Positions 28,175 to 38,517 of a stretch of DNA of 64,000 nucleotides are shown here, piece after piece. Source of the stretch: Escherichia virus TH58; the sequence record MT446423.1; one strand, written 5' to 3'. Position 1 is the first letter of the stretch; each line of letters begins with the position of its first letter. The translations under genes and the position numbers were made by a program. Under the pieces are notes generated by a model, which saw nothing but the letters and a program-made list of their open reading frames with translations, was not told where the DNA came from and did not search any database.

Positions 28175-29170
28175 ATGAGCATTACATCTGATGCGGTAAA
28201 ACATGAAATTAACGGTTTATGTGCTTCACAGATTAAAGTGTGGTTTAAAGACCATAATGATCGCAGAGCACTTAATTATGAGCAAATTGCTATCCAAGTT
28301 CATCAATTACTGACTAGTAAATTTGATTTTCATATGCCATCTGAAATCTATACTAATCTACCGCGAGCGCTTATTAAAGCGTGTAAAGGTTACGGAAAAT
28401 CAATGGCCGATGGAATCTTCAGCGCGCTGAATAAACTTAACGTTCTATCGATGATTAACTCTAACAACATCCTGCGTAATCTAGGACGTACTGATTTGTT
28501 CGGTCGTGAACAGTGTAAAATGCCTTTGAAATGGATTGTTGCTCATCTTAACGAGAACCAAACACGTTTTCTGGCCGTATCAGCACGCTTACAAATGGGC
28601 CTAGATCGTCAGATGAACTTTAAAACTCATCCACGTTATTCAGGTTCAACAGACTTTTATAAATGTGAGCTTCAAAAGGTTGCAGGTAAAACTGTCTTAG
28701 TAGTTCGTGTAACGTTTGAAGGACGACGTCAAGGATATTTTGACCTAATCGGCTCCGGTCTTAAACATTGTGGATTTATTGTCGAAGTTGATATCAAGCG
28801 AGACGGCATTGGATACCGTATTGGATATGTTTGTACTCTTAAAGAAGAGATTTCAGGACCAGCACCAGGACTAAAAGACGTTAGATATAAAGACGAGCTC
28901 GTTGAAGAAATAAAAGAAGTTGAATATGATATCAACCAAGAAGATGCTCTTAAAGACCTTATTGATGAACTAAACCAAGACGTTATTCCGGTTCAGAAAT
29001 TTGAATCAAAACATGCTGAGCAAATCAAATACTTTGAAGCTTTGATTAACGAACTTAATGTAACTATTCAACAGACTGACGACGAAATCTCACGATTAGC
29101 AGGCTTAAACGGTAAAAATAAAACAGAACGAGCTAATCTTATTCAAGTAGTAAAACTTCTTAAGGAATGA
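28175..29170 (+). CDS. Hypothetical protein
   Basis: 331 aa; GAGGAAA RBS. Confidence 0.55.
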   Translation: MSITSDAVKHEINGLCASQIKVWFKDHNDRRALNYEQIAIQVHQLLTSKFDFHMPSEIYTNLPRALIKACKGYGKSMADGIFSALNKLNVLSMINSNNILRNLGRTDLFGREQCKMPLKWIVAHLNENQTRFLAVSARLQMGLDRQMNFKTHPRYSGSTDFYKCELQKVAGKTVLVVRVTFEGRRQGYFDLIGSGLKHCGFIVEVDIKRDGIGYRIGYVCTLKEEISGPAPGLKDVRYKDELVEEIKEVEYDINQEDALKDLIDELNQDVIPVQKFESKHAEQIKYFEALINELNVTIQQTDDEISRLAGLNGKNKTERANLIQVVKLLKE

Positions 29171-29199
29171 TGTACAACCAAGGATGGTTGGAGTATAAT
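29171..29199 (+). promoter_or_regulatory. Early promoter cassette ACAACCAAGGATGGTTGGAGTATAAT (hairpin CCAACC/GGTTGG)
   Basis: Near-identical cassette repeated at 30163 and in variant form at 7690. Confidence 0.5.
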
Positions 29200-29225
29200 A
29201 AATTTTTCAACATGAGGAATATAAA

Positions 29226-30158
29226 ATGGCTTCTATTACACGTAGAGAACTTATCAAAGAATTTACCTCGAACGCATATACCCCAGGTCCTAATCCTATC
29301 CGTATGCCTGTAAAGACTCCTGAAGAGATTGAGGAAGTCTGTTCATATTATGGGATTACTTCTCGTAAGTTTACTCAATTTGAATGCGTTACTAACACAC
29401 CCGTTAAAGAGTTCATTAAAAATGGTGAGTTCAGCCGTTTATTAGCCAAACAGAAACTTCGTAATTTTTGTATCGGCGGCTACGGACAATATTTTGCTAA
29501 ACAGTTCAGAAATAACCTTAACAATCTGATGGCCATTGCTTCTCGTATTCGTCCTCAAGCAATTAACATGAAACATTTGAAATATACTTACGATAAGTTA
29601 GAAATCATGGTTATCAGTGAGAATGAGTTCACTCTTACGTATAAACCTAAGAATGATAACGTTGCTCGTGTATTCCACCAAGCGTTGGAAGTTTTAGGTG
29701 ATAATATCCACCAGATTAAAGCAATTTATTCTCGTGAGCTTAATATTATCGACCCTATCAAGAATAAGGGCCATATCGCTATCCAGGCTCGTGTATCTGT
29801 TGGTAAAAAGGTTCCTGCTCCATGGTGGCACAAAGACTCTGAATACTATCAAAATCTTAAAAAGGAAAATGCAACGTTCGAAGCGTCAATTATTGTTGCC
29901 CCAACTATCGGTAAGATTAATGCAGCTTCAGCACAACCTGTTATGTTTAATGGCACGCCGTCGACTAAACTGGAAATCTCTAATGGTCTTCTTCCTGCCG
30001 AAGATTACTATTATAATCAAATCAAAGCCACTGTGGACCAACTGTCTGTTGAACTTGACAAAGCACAAGCTAAACTTCGTGATGCTCAACAAGTAGTTAC
30101 CAAGCTCCAGTTGCAGTACTCTAAACTTTTTACCGCAATGAATGCGTTAAAATCATAA
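29226..30158 (+). CDS. Hypothetical protein with C-terminal coiled coil
   Basis: 310 aa; GAGGAA RBS. Confidence 0.55.
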   Translation: MASITRRELIKEFTSNAYTPGPNPIRMPVKTPEEIEEVCSYYGITSRKFTQFECVTNTPVKEFIKNGEFSRLLAKQKLRNFCIGGYGQYFAKQFRNNLNNLMAIASRIRPQAINMKHLKYTYDKLEIMVISENEFTLTYKPKNDNVARVFHQALEVLGDNIHQIKAIYSRELNIIDPIKNKGHIAIQARVSVGKKVPAPWWHKDSEYYQNLKKENATFEASIIVAPTIGKINAASAQPVMFNGTPSTKLEISNGLLPAEDYYYNQIKATVDQLSVELDKAQAKLRDAQQVVTKLQLQYSKLFTAMNALKS

Positions 30159-30162
30159 ATCA

Positions 30163-30192
30163 GTTTACAACCAAGGATGGTTGGAGTATAAT
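30163..30192 (+). promoter_or_regulatory. Early promoter cassette (GTTTAC...TATAAT), repeat of 29171 cassette
   Basis: GTTTACAACCAAGGATGGTTGGAGTATAAT. Confidence 0.55.
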
Positions 30193-30220
30193 CTTTCTAT
30201 CTTAACGAGAGGAAAATATT

Positions 30221-31171
30221 ATGACACGTTCACATTACATTGATTATTTTGCAGGTCTTATCGCTAACGTTCATGCCCAACGTGCTTCTGGTTCATTAGG
30301 ATTTGATGTTCCACACCGAGTTGTAGTAAGTGGTATTCTTCGCGATTTTTGTACATACACAGGCCAAGAAAATCATATCTGTAAAGATACTCAGAATGCG
30401 TATTCTCATTCATTAGGGACACTGCTTCAATGGTTCAAACGTTCTCGTTTATTATCTTCTACTGTAGCTCGCGATAACATTAAAAACTTTATGAAGCCTA
30501 GCTTTATTAAATCTGTGACATCTAAAACCGATTTGGTTGAATTCACTATTGTTAATGATGTTAAAAAGACTCATTTGGCTGATTGGTTATCTACCATTCC
30601 TGAAACTAAATTCGCTGATAAATTTGCTTGTGAATTCAATAACCAAGTGAATATGCTTTTTAAACATTCTCGTAAATTATTCACTGGCGGTGATGGCCGT
30701 ACAAATAAAGTTCATGTTAAAGATTGGGTTACTGCAGTATTCAAACCAACTGGTAATGGTAACGCATCATTGTCAATTGATATCCAGGTTCCTTATTACT
30801 ACTCACGTAATCTCGGTACCATGAAAGCCGAAGAAATTAATAAGCACAACAAAACCGTTCGTTCGCTGTCTTATAAACTTCGTATGATGTTACAGACTAT
30901 GGATGTTGTTGAAATGTTCAGCGAAACCGAAGATAACGGTTCAATGTTATTCAGTTCTCGTATTCAAATTAAGCTGAAGAACCCTAACGAGTATAAGCCT
31001 AAGCCTATTAAAGAGCCTAAAGCAGAAAAAGTTGATAACTTAAGAGAAGAACGCGAATATCTCAAATCTCGTCTGAAAGAAGTCGAAGCCCAGATTGCAG
31101 AACAAACTAAATCATTAAAAGCTCTGAATGCAAAAGCTGATGGTTTACGAAATGCCATTGAGGTGTTATAA
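30221..31171 (+). CDS. Hypothetical protein with C-terminal coiled coil
   Basis: 316 aa; GAGAGGAAA RBS. Confidence 0.55.
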   Translation: MTRSHYIDYFAGLIANVHAQRASGSLGFDVPHRVVVSGILRDFCTYTGQENHICKDTQNAYSHSLGTLLQWFKRSRLLSSTVARDNIKNFMKPSFIKSVTSKTDLVEFTIVNDVKKTHLADWLSTIPETKFADKFACEFNNQVNMLFKHSRKLFTGGDGRTNKVHVKDWVTAVFKPTGNGNASLSIDIQVPYYYSRNLGTMKAEEINKHNKTVRSLSYKLRMMLQTMDVVEMFSETEDNGSMLFSSRIQIKLKNPNEYKPKPIKEPKAEKVDNLREEREYLKSRLKEVEAQIAEQTKSLKALNAKADGLRNAIEVL

Positions 31172-31476
31172 TGAAACTACGTCTTTTAGAGGATATTGAC
31201 ATGAGCACTAATCACAGCTTGGTTAAGTTTATTGACTATAGTTCAAAGATTGAATTTGTTCAGCGAGATAAAATCCACGGTGAAGAAGAGTTCGTTCCTC
31301 CGGCATGGAACGAAATAATGAAAATGGTTGAACGACGTGAAAATGCTGCCAAATCGGCAGCAAAACATCCATGTCCGGAATGTGGAACTATCCAAGTCCA
31401 ACTGGTTAACTGGACCACTGATAACTTGAAATTGAAATGCCGTAAATGCTTCCACAAATTTGAGAGAACATTATAA
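31171..31476 (+). CDS. Zinc-ribbon protein
   Basis: CPEC...CRKC four-cysteine motif; 101 aa. Confidence 0.5.
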   Translation: MKLRLLEDIDMSTNHSLVKFIDYSSKIEFVQRDKIHGEEEFVPPAWNEIMKMVERRENAAKSAAKHPCPECGTIQVQLVNWTTDNLKLKCRKCFHKFERTL

Positions 31477-31889
31477 TGAGATATAGCCTTCGTTGTTTTA
31501 TTGCAGCTTTAGTTTTTGCCATAATTCCATTCATTTGGAATAGCCAGAATACTTACATGGAAACTAAAGTAATTCCTGTGGAGGTAGTGGAATTAATCTC
31601 AGGCCAATCTACAGGAAAATATTCTAAATTAGAATTTATTGCCGTCTATAAAGATGAGCAAGGACGAGTTTTTGACAGGCATGTATCACCGTCGTTTTAT
31701 ACGCTTCTGAATAAAGGTGATACGATAGCTATAGAAATTCGTGAGATGGATATCAAACAAACTACTAAAGATAACTTGATTTGGTTCTTTGGTACAGTGT
31801 TGTTGGTTTCTATCTGTATCACAGGTTTTATTACATGTATTGTATTTGGCGTTGCATATTTAATCGATGAAAGGAAAAATAATGTTTAA
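31476..31889 (+). CDS. Membrane protein
   Basis: N- and C-terminal TM helices; 137 aa. Confidence 0.5.
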   Translation: MRYSLRCFIAALVFAIIPFIWNSQNTYMETKVIPVEVVELISGQSTGKYSKLEFIAVYKDEQGRVFDRHVSPSFYTLLNKGDTIAIEIREMDIKQTTKDNLIWFFGTVLLVSICITGFITCIVFGVAYLIDERKNNV

Positions 31890-32145
31890 AGTGTACGGGT
31901 ATGACTCTACTATTCATAAATGCATTTATTGCGATAATGCGAAACGATTGCTGACTGTTAAGAAACAGCCATTTGAATTCATTAATGTTATGCCAGAAAA
32001 AGGTGTGTTCGACGATGAGAAAATTACTGAGCTTCTGGTTAAGCTTGGTCGTGAATCACAAGTCGGATTGACTATGCCTCAAGTGTTTGCTCCTGATGGA
32101 ACTTCGATCGGTGGCTTTGACCAACTACGAGAATATTTTAAATGA
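31882..32145 (+). CDS. nrdC: Glutaredoxin NrdC
   Basis: MFKVYGYDSTIHKCIYCDNAKRLL... with CxxC active site; 87 aa as T4 NrdC. Confidence 0.85.
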   Translation: MFKVYGYDSTIHKCIYCDNAKRLLTVKKQPFEFINVMPEKGVFDDEKITELLVKLGRESQVGLTMPQVFAPDGTSIGGFDQLREYFK

Positions 32146-32489
32146 CATATTCATTAAATCTTAAAGATTTCCAAGATGTATACGAAGTTTGTGCCAATGA
32201 ACTTGGTCCTGATGCTCCAACTATTATTGAAGTTTTAAATGTGCTCCCTTCATCATTAGCTTACGAAGCCAAATCATGGGGTTGGAACGACACTGTCGTT
32301 CGTGATGACCTTTACGTCCTGATGAACGATATGATGGTTAAAAAGCCTGAAACAATGGTTACTATTACTGTTGAAGAATATAATCGCCTGCAAGCCATTG
32401 AAGAGCTTCTGTGGAACATTGAATGTGACCTGCCGTCAGGGCTAGAATCCTGGATTGATTATGAAGAGCTCAATAAACTCCGGGGCTAA
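32142..32489 (+). CDS. Hypothetical acidic protein
   Basis: 115 aa; ATGA overlap. Confidence 0.5.
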   Translation: MTYSLNLKDFQDVYEVCANELGPDAPTIIEVLNVLPSSLAYEAKSWGWNDTVVRDDLYVLMNDMMVKKPETMVTITVEEYNRLQAIEELLWNIECDLPSGLESWIDYEELNKLRG

Positions 32490-32617
32490 ACCGTGGTATT
32501 CGGCTCGATGGGAGACAGTCGAGCCAGACGTCGAAACAGTTTACAATGACGAAGAAACGTGTTATGATGAACCTTCAATAAATGAATTAATTGATATGGA
32601 AATGGGAAGAGATTATT

Positions 32618-32788
32618 ATGCAAGTTAAATTATTGTACCGTTTATTAAAAAATGGCAAGCATGATTGGTATTTGCTTATTAAAACCGATCCGAATTTTTT
32701 CTCTGGACAACCATTTACAGTTCGTCCTACTAAACGTCAGCTTCGCAAAGCTAAACGTTCTCATCGTAACTTTTATAGAGAATATTGA
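32618..32788 (+). CDS. Small basic protein
   Basis: ATG 32618 after GGGAAGAG; 56 aa. Confidence 0.4.
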   Translation: MQVKLLYRLLKNGKHDWYLLIKTDPNFFSGQPFTVRPTKRQLRKAKRSHRNFYREY

Positions 32789-32789
32789 T

Positions 32790-33215
32790 ATGAATATTTC
32801 TGAAACTCGCGGTAAATGGTTCAAGATTGTTAAAGAAGACGAAGAACTCCAATATAAGTTTCCTGAATTAAAGAAAGATACGATCATCAAGGTAATTGGT
32901 ACTACTGCCGAAGATGGTTATGGCGACCATGGAATTATCGAAGTGATGTTGAACACAGGTGAGAAACTTTGCATCTATGACCGTGATACTTCTCTTTGGT
33001 GCTTCTGGGAATCCCATTCAATAGATGAACTCGAAGAAATTGATTCGGCTGATATTGCTGGTGTGCTAGGTAGTAAACTTGGCGAATTCGAAGGTGAACG
33101 TATTTCTTATGCATTAGCTAAATTAGCCGGACAAGAAAATAACGACGGCTATGAAGGTAATCTGATGCAAGCCGCAGCGGAATACATTGAATATTTAGAA
33201 AGACGTTTAAGTTAA
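32790..33215 (+). CDS. Hypothetical acidic protein (at the T4 pin position)
   Basis: 141 aa immediately upstream of gene 49; identification by position only. Confidence 0.45.
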   Translation: MNISETRGKWFKIVKEDEELQYKFPELKKDTIIKVIGTTAEDGYGDHGIIEVMLNTGEKLCIYDRDTSLWCFWESHSIDELEEIDSADIAGVLGSKLGEFEGERISYALAKLAGQENNDGYEGNLMQAAAEYIEYLERRLS

Positions 33216-33250
33216 TAAATACCCTTATCTATTTAAGGTAAGGGTTTATC

Positions 33251-33724
33251 ATGTTATTATCAGGCGCAAAATATAAAGAAGAAAAACAAAAATTTTATGA
33301 TGCACAGAATGGTAAGTGTCCTATTTGCCACCGTGAATTAGACCCTGATGTTCAAGGTAACCATCTTGACCACGACCACGAATTAAACGGGCCAAAAGCA
33401 GGTAGAGTTCGTGGGTTACTCTGTAATCTGTGCAACGCAGCAGAAGGTCAAATGAAGCATAAGTTCAACCGTTCCGGTCTTAAAGGACGTGATGTTGACT
33501 ACCTCGAATGGCTTGAAGCTCTTCTTGCTTATTTGAAACAAGATTATTCTGATAATAATATCCATCCTAATTTTGTTCCAGACAAAACTAAAGAGTTCTC
33601 AAGACTAGGTAAAGAGGAAATGATGGCTGAGATGCTTCAAAGAGGATTTGAATATAATGAATCTGATACCAAAACACAATTAATAGCTTCATTCAAAAAG
33701 CAGCTTAGAAAGAGTTTAAAATGA
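33251..33724 (+). CDS. 49: Endonuclease VII (Holliday junction resolvase gp49)
   Basis: CPICHREL...HLDHDHELNGPKAGRVRGLLCNLCN zinc and HNH-like motif of T4 endo VII; 157 aa. Confidence 0.9.
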   Translation: MLLSGAKYKEEKQKFYDAQNGKCPICHRELDPDVQGNHLDHDHELNGPKAGRVRGLLCNLCNAAEGQMKHKFNRSGLKGRDVDYLEWLEALLAYLKQDYSDNNIHPNFVPDKTKEFSRLGKEEMMAEMLQRGFEYNESDTKTQLIASFKKQLRKSLK

Positions 33725-34258
33725 AAATTGAAAAAGAAATTGAAGGATTAATTCATAAAACTAATAAAGATCTTTTGAACGAGAATGCTAATAAAGATTC
33801 TCGTGTTTTTCCAACTCAACGGGACCTTATGGCTGGTATTGTGTCTAAGCACATTGCTAGAAATATGGTCCCGTCTTTTATTATGAAAGCACATGAAAGC
33901 GGAATTATCCATTTCCATGATATTGATTATTCCCCTGCTCTTCCGTTTACTAATTGCTGTTTAGTAGATTTAAAAGGAATGCTTGAGAATGGATTTAAAT
34001 TAGGCAATGCTCAAATTGAAACGCCTAAATCTATTGGCGTTGCTACTGCAATTATGGCACAAATTACTGCACAAGTTGCTTCACATCAGTACGGCGGAAC
34101 GACTTTTGCTAATGTAGATAAAGTACTTTCTCCTTATGTTAAACGCACCTATGCAAAACATATTGAGGATGCAGAAAAATGGCAAATCGCTGATGCGTTG
34201 AATTATGCCCAATCTAAAACAGAAAAAGACGTATACGATGCATTCCAAGCTTATGAGT
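33721..34258 (+). CDS. nrdD: Anaerobic ribonucleotide reductase NrdD, exon 1
   Basis: Frame continues to predicted 5' splice site after T34258 (P1: exon ATGAGT pairs with intron GCTCAT 34272-34277, U-G at splice site); in-frame TAA follows in intron. Confidence 0.75.
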
Positions 34259-34469
34259 TAATTTAATTCAGGCTCATGTAAAACCGGTCTAAACGGGGAA
34301 CCTCTCTAGTAGACAATCCCGTGCTAAATGTTCTTTTGAACTAAATGCCTAACGACTAACCGTGATGAATGTAGCGGTGTAGAATAGAAGCTAATGCTAT
34401 TCGAAACGGCCGGCATCGAAAGATGAAGATATAGTCTAATCTGCATGGCGACATGCAGCAGTCATCTTG

Positions 34470-34477
34470 TATAAATA
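34470..34477 (+). promoter_or_regulatory. Late promoter TATAAATA inside the intron, upstream of the homing endonuclease ORF
   Basis: Exact TATAAATA about 30 nt before the ATG at 34507. Confidence 0.45.
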
Positions 34478-34506
34478 AGATTATCTTATGAATACGAGGT
34501 GAAACA

Positions 34507-35277
34507 ATGAAATGGATAAAAAGACGTTGTACTAAAATAAAAGATAAAGACGCATTTACATACTTAGTTAAGTTTTCTAATGGCGACATTTATATCGGTT
34601 ATAAAAAATTTAGAACAATTAAAAACAAGCCCACAAACTGGAAAACTTACACAACGTCATCTAAGTATATAAATGAACGCTTAAAAACTGATACACCTAC
34701 TAAATGGATAATTTTAAAAACATTTGATAGTTATAAAGACGCATTAAAACATGAAGAAGAGGTCATACGTAAATATTTTTATAACAAAAAATGTTTAAAT
34801 AAATCCATAGGCGGTAAAAAGTTTTATAAGCATCCGGATACTGAAGAACATATTCAAAAATTAAGAGATGCTCATAAGGGTAAAGTGTTATCCGAATCTC
34901 ATAAAAACAATATAAAATCTTCTGTAGCTGAATATTATGCTAAAAACGGAAGATCTAAGGAACATGTGCAAAATAATATCAATAGTCGAAAAAGTAAAAA
35001 ACAAGTATCGATAAAGCTTAAAAATAAAACTTTTAGAAGTTTTAAAAAAGCGGCGGAATATTTAAATTGCACTGAAAGTGAAGTCGAAACTCATCCTCTT
35101 GTTTTGAGTATTAAGACTACTATTCATAAAGTTCCTGAATATGTGGTTGTTGACGGTATTAAGTATACGTCTTATATAGAAGCAGCTAAAGCGCTAAATT
35201 TTCATCCTAGCACTATAAAAGAACGTTGCATATCTATGGACTATCCAAATTTTGTTGTTTCATATAAACGGGCATGA
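34507..35277 (+). CDS. Intron-encoded GIY-YIG homing endonuclease (I-TevII-like)
   Basis: N-terminal FTYLVKFSNGDIYIGYKK (GIY-YIG), NUMOD-like repeats, C-terminal HTH-like tail; 256 aa; GAGGTGA RBS. Confidence 0.75.
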   Translation: MKWIKRRCTKIKDKDAFTYLVKFSNGDIYIGYKKFRTIKNKPTNWKTYTTSSKYINERLKTDTPTKWIILKTFDSYKDALKHEEEVIRKYFYNKKCLNKSIGGKKFYKHPDTEEHIQKLRDAHKGKVLSESHKNNIKSSVAEYYAKNGRSKEHVQNNINSRKSKKQVSIKLKNKTFRSFKKAAEYLNCTESEVETHPLVLSIKTTIHKVPEYVVVDGIKYTSYIEAAKALNFHPSTIKERCISMDYPNFVVSYKRA

Positions 35278-35291
35278 ATTTGCGACTCATG

Positions 35292-36583
35292 CTGAATATA
35301 ATGATGAAGTAAATACACTTTTCAGCTCTAATGGACAAACGCCTTTTGTAACAATTACATTTGGAACAGGAACTGACTGGACTGAACGAATGATTCAAAA
35401 AGCAATTCTGAAAAATCGTATTAAAGGTCTTGGACGTGACGGGATAACTCCTATTTTCCCTAAACTTGTTATGTTCGTTGAAGAAGGTGTTAATCTTTAT
35501 AAAGACGACCCGAACTACGATATTAAGCAGCTTGCTCTAGAGTGTGCAAGCAAAAGAATGTATCCTGATATTATTTCGGTTAAGAATAATAAAACTATCA
35601 CCGGTTCTTCAGTTCCTGTTTCTCCAATGGGCTGCCGTAGTTTCTTGAGCGTATGGAAAGATTCGACTGGTAATGAAATTCTTGATGGACGTAATAATCT
35701 TGGCGTTGTAACACTGAATCTTCCTCGTATTGCATTAGATTCTTATATTGGAACACAATTCAATGAACAGAAATTTGTTGAGTTATTTAATGAACGAATG
35801 GATCTGTGTTTTGAAGCCTTGATGTGTAGAATTAGTTCCTTAAAAGGAGTTAAAGCGACTGTTGCTCCTATTCTTTATCAAGAAGGTGCATTTGGGGTTC
35901 GTCTTAAACCTGATGATGACATAATTGAGTTATTTAAAAACGGTAGAAGTTCGGTGTCTTTAGGATACATTGGTATTCATGAATTGAATATTCTTGTCGG
36001 ACGTGATATTGGGCAAGAAATTTTAACTAAAATGAATGCTCGTCTTAAGCAGTGGACTGAAAGAACTGGTTTTGCTTTTAGCTTGTATTCTACTCCCGCT
36101 GAAAACCTTTGTTATCGCTTCTGTAAACTTGATACCGAGAAATATGGAAGTGTAAAAGATGTTACTGATAAAGGCTGGTACACTAATAGTTTCCATGTTT
36201 CAGTAGAAGAAAATATCACTCCGTTTGAAAAGATTTCTCGCGAAGCACCATATCATTTCATTGCGACCGGCGGACACATTTCTTATGTTGAACTTCCTGA
36301 TATGAAAAATAACTTAAAAGGACTTGAGGCTGTATGGGATTATGCCGCACAACATTTAGATTATTTTGGTGTTAATATGCCAGTAGATAAATGTTTTACA
36401 TGTGGAAGTACCCATGAAATGACTCCTACCGAAAACGGATTTGTTTGTTCTATTTGTGGAGAAACTGATCCTAAAAAGATGAACACAATAAGAAGAACAT
36501 GCGGTTATCTCGGAACTCCTAGCGTTGTTCCGTGGAATTTAGGTAAAATGAAAGAAATGGTAAAACGAGTAAAACATGCATAG
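35292..36583 (+). CDS. nrdD: Anaerobic ribonucleotide reductase NrdD, exon 2
   Basis: Contains C-terminal glycyl-radical motif RRTCGYLG and Cys-rich zinc site CFTCGSTHEMTPTENGFVCSICG; spliced product about 609 aa. Confidence 0.8.
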
Positions 36584-37406
36584 GTATTATATAATTTATA
36601 AAATAACAAATATAATTAATTCAAAGGAATATATCGGTGCGCATAGCACCGATAACATAAATGACGGTTATATGGGGTCAGGAACATTGATTCGTGCCGC
36701 TTTATTAAAATATGGTAGAAAAAATTTTAATAAAGAAATTTTACATGTTTTTGATAATGAAAAACAAATGTATGATAAAGAAGCTGAACTTGTAACCGAA
36801 GAGTATTGTCTAAAAGAAAATACATATAATATTAAACCTGGTGGAAAAGGTGGAACTGCCTATGAACAGACACTTGAACATCGCCGCAAAAATAGTTTAG
36901 CAAATAAAGGTAAAAAGAGAACAGAAGAAACTAAAATAGCTATTTCACGTGCTTTAAAGAAATATAAACGTACGCCAGAGCATCAAGCAAATTTAAATAA
37001 AGCCGTAAGCATAGCTATGAAGCGAAAAGATGTTAGAAGTAAATTAGCTGGAGAGCGGTCTGAGAAAGATAAATTATCTATATCAAACGGTGTTAAAAAA
37101 TATTACAATTCTTTGAGTGAAGAAGAACGCGAACTTCATCGCAAGCGAATTATTGAAGGTAAAAAGAATTCTCCCATGTCATTGGAATCTAGACAAAAGC
37201 TTTCAAAAGCTTTAAAAGGACTTCAAGTTGGTTCAAAAAATCCAATGTATGGAAAAATTTCTCCGACTAGCAAAACCGTTTCAGTTGACGGTATTAAATA
37301 TGATTCAATTAAAAAGTGCTCAAATGCCATAAAAGTTTCTAGACATCTTATACTAAAACGCTGTAATTCTACTGATGAAGCTTGGAAAAATTGGGTATTA
37401 TTATGA
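36576..37406 (+). CDS. Free-standing GIY-YIG homing endonuclease (seg-like)
   Basis: YYIIYKITNIINSKEYIGAHS...YMGSGTLIRAALLKYGRKNF; NUMOD3-like repeats; overlaps nrdD stop and nrdG start (ATGA at both ends). Confidence 0.75.
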   Translation: MHRYYIIYKITNIINSKEYIGAHSTDNINDGYMGSGTLIRAALLKYGRKNFNKEILHVFDNEKQMYDKEAELVTEEYCLKENTYNIKPGGKGGTAYEQTLEHRRKNSLANKGKKRTEETKIAISRALKKYKRTPEHQANLNKAVSIAMKRKDVRSKLAGERSEKDKLSISNGVKKYYNSLSEEERELHRKRIIEGKKNSPMSLESRQKLSKALKGLQVGSKNPMYGKISPTSKTVSVDGIKYDSIKKCSNAIKVSRHLILKRCNSTDEAWKNWVLL

Positions 37407-37873
37407 ATTATGATAGATTTTATCCTTGCGATTTTGTGAATGGTCCTGGTTGCAGGGTTGTTCTTTTCGTTACAGGGTGTTTGCATAAATGCGAAGGGTG
37501 TTATAATAAATCAACATGGAATGCTAGAAATGGTATTCCATTCACTGGTGAAACACTAGAGCAATTAATTGAATGTTTGAATAATGATTATATAGAAGGA
37601 TTAACTATAACTGGAGGAGACCCTCTCTATCCTGATAACCGAGATGTTGTTCATTGCATCGTTCAAACAGTAAAAAATCTTTGTCCCAATAAAAGCATTT
37701 GGTTATGGACAGGATATAAGTTTGAAGATATTAAACAACTAGAAATGCTTAAATATGTTGATGTTATTATTGATGGGAAGTATGAGAAAAATCTTCCGAC
37801 CAAAAAACTGTGGCGAGGATCAGATAATCAGCGACTTTGGTCAAATACCGATGGGGTGTGGAAACATGATTAA
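37403..37873 (+). CDS. nrdG: Anaerobic ribonucleotide reductase activating protein NrdG
   Basis: Radical-SAM-like CxxxCxxC (CLHKCEGC) near the N-terminus; 156 aa. Confidence 0.85.
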   Translation: MNYDRFYPCDFVNGPGCRVVLFVTGCLHKCEGCYNKSTWNARNGIPFTGETLEQLIECLNNDYIEGLTITGGDPLYPDNRDVVHCIVQTVKNLCPNKSIWLWTGYKFEDIKQLEMLKYVDVIIDGKYEKNLPTKKLWRGSDNQRLWSNTDGVWKHD

Positions 37874-37987
37874 ATTGAATTATATTATGGATACTATAAA
37901 TGATATGATTTTTCATTTTGGTCCAGAATTTTATTCGCAGTATAGTTTGGTGTTTATCAATGTTTGGTTAATCAATTAAGGGTAAAT

Positions 37988-38203
37988 ATGTATAAATTTC
38001 GTAAAGGTTTAGCTGATTTTCTTACAACTGTAACGTTCTTTTTGTTTATGGCAGTTGGAGCTATTTTTCTTATTCCTTTTACTGTTGTATTTTTCGTGAT
38101 TAGTTTAATTTCTCCTGAAAAGGGTTTATCCTCCAGCGAATTCAATGAACGTTTGGACAAAATTACTAATAAACTGAATTCTGTTCTTGATAAAAAGGCT
38201 TAA
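37988..38203 (+). CDS. Small membrane protein
   Basis: ATG 37988 after AAGGG; single long TM segment. Confidence 0.5.
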   Translation: MYKFRKGLADFLTTVTFFLFMAVGAIFLIPFTVVFFVISLISPEKGLSSSEFNERLDKITNKLNSVLDKKA

Positions 38204-38205
38204 TT

Positions 38206-38517
38206 ATGATTAGATTTGAAGAATATGTTGTAACAAAATGGAATGAATGGGACAAGTTCGGTGATGAATGGTATTTCCATGATTGTGACCTGAACCCAGA
38301 GTTCTTTGTCGGTAAAGAAGACGACCTTAAAGACATCTATGCGTTGTCTGAGATTCATGGTATTAAGCCTACGGTTTATTTCAGCTTCGACGATACCGGA
38401 TTCCTTATCCAGGTTTATGTTCCTTATGAAACCGTTGATGAAGAAGCTGTTTGCGAAGAAGTTCTAAAAACCTGGAACTATCAAGGGGTAATTTCCTGTG
38501 GGTCAAAACTTAATTGA
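38206..38517 (+). CDS. Hypothetical acidic protein
   Basis: 103 aa. Confidence 0.5.
   Translation: MIRFEEYVVTKWNEWDKFGDEWYFHDCDLNPEFFVGKEDDLKDIYALSEIHGIKPTVYFSFDDTGFLIQVYVPYETVDEEAVCEEVLKTWNYQGVISCGSKLN

Larger units (their letters stand above)
34259..35291 (+). mobile_element. Group I intron (T4 td/nrdB/sunY type) in nrdD
   Basis: Core elements CTAAACGGGGAACCTCTCTAGTAGACAATCCCGTGCTAAAT and GATATAGTCT...CTGCATGGCGACATGCAGC; 3' end at G35291 gives perfect P10 (exon-2 CTGAAT versus intron ATTCAG) and restores frame; 1033 nt. Confidence 0.8.

Noticed and set aside
35270-35283. Alternative 3' splice sites for the nrdD intron at G35276 or G35282
   Set aside because: G35276 would create an in-frame TAA at the junction; G35282 gives poor P10 pairing, whereas G35291 gives a perfect 6-bp P10 and restores the frame.
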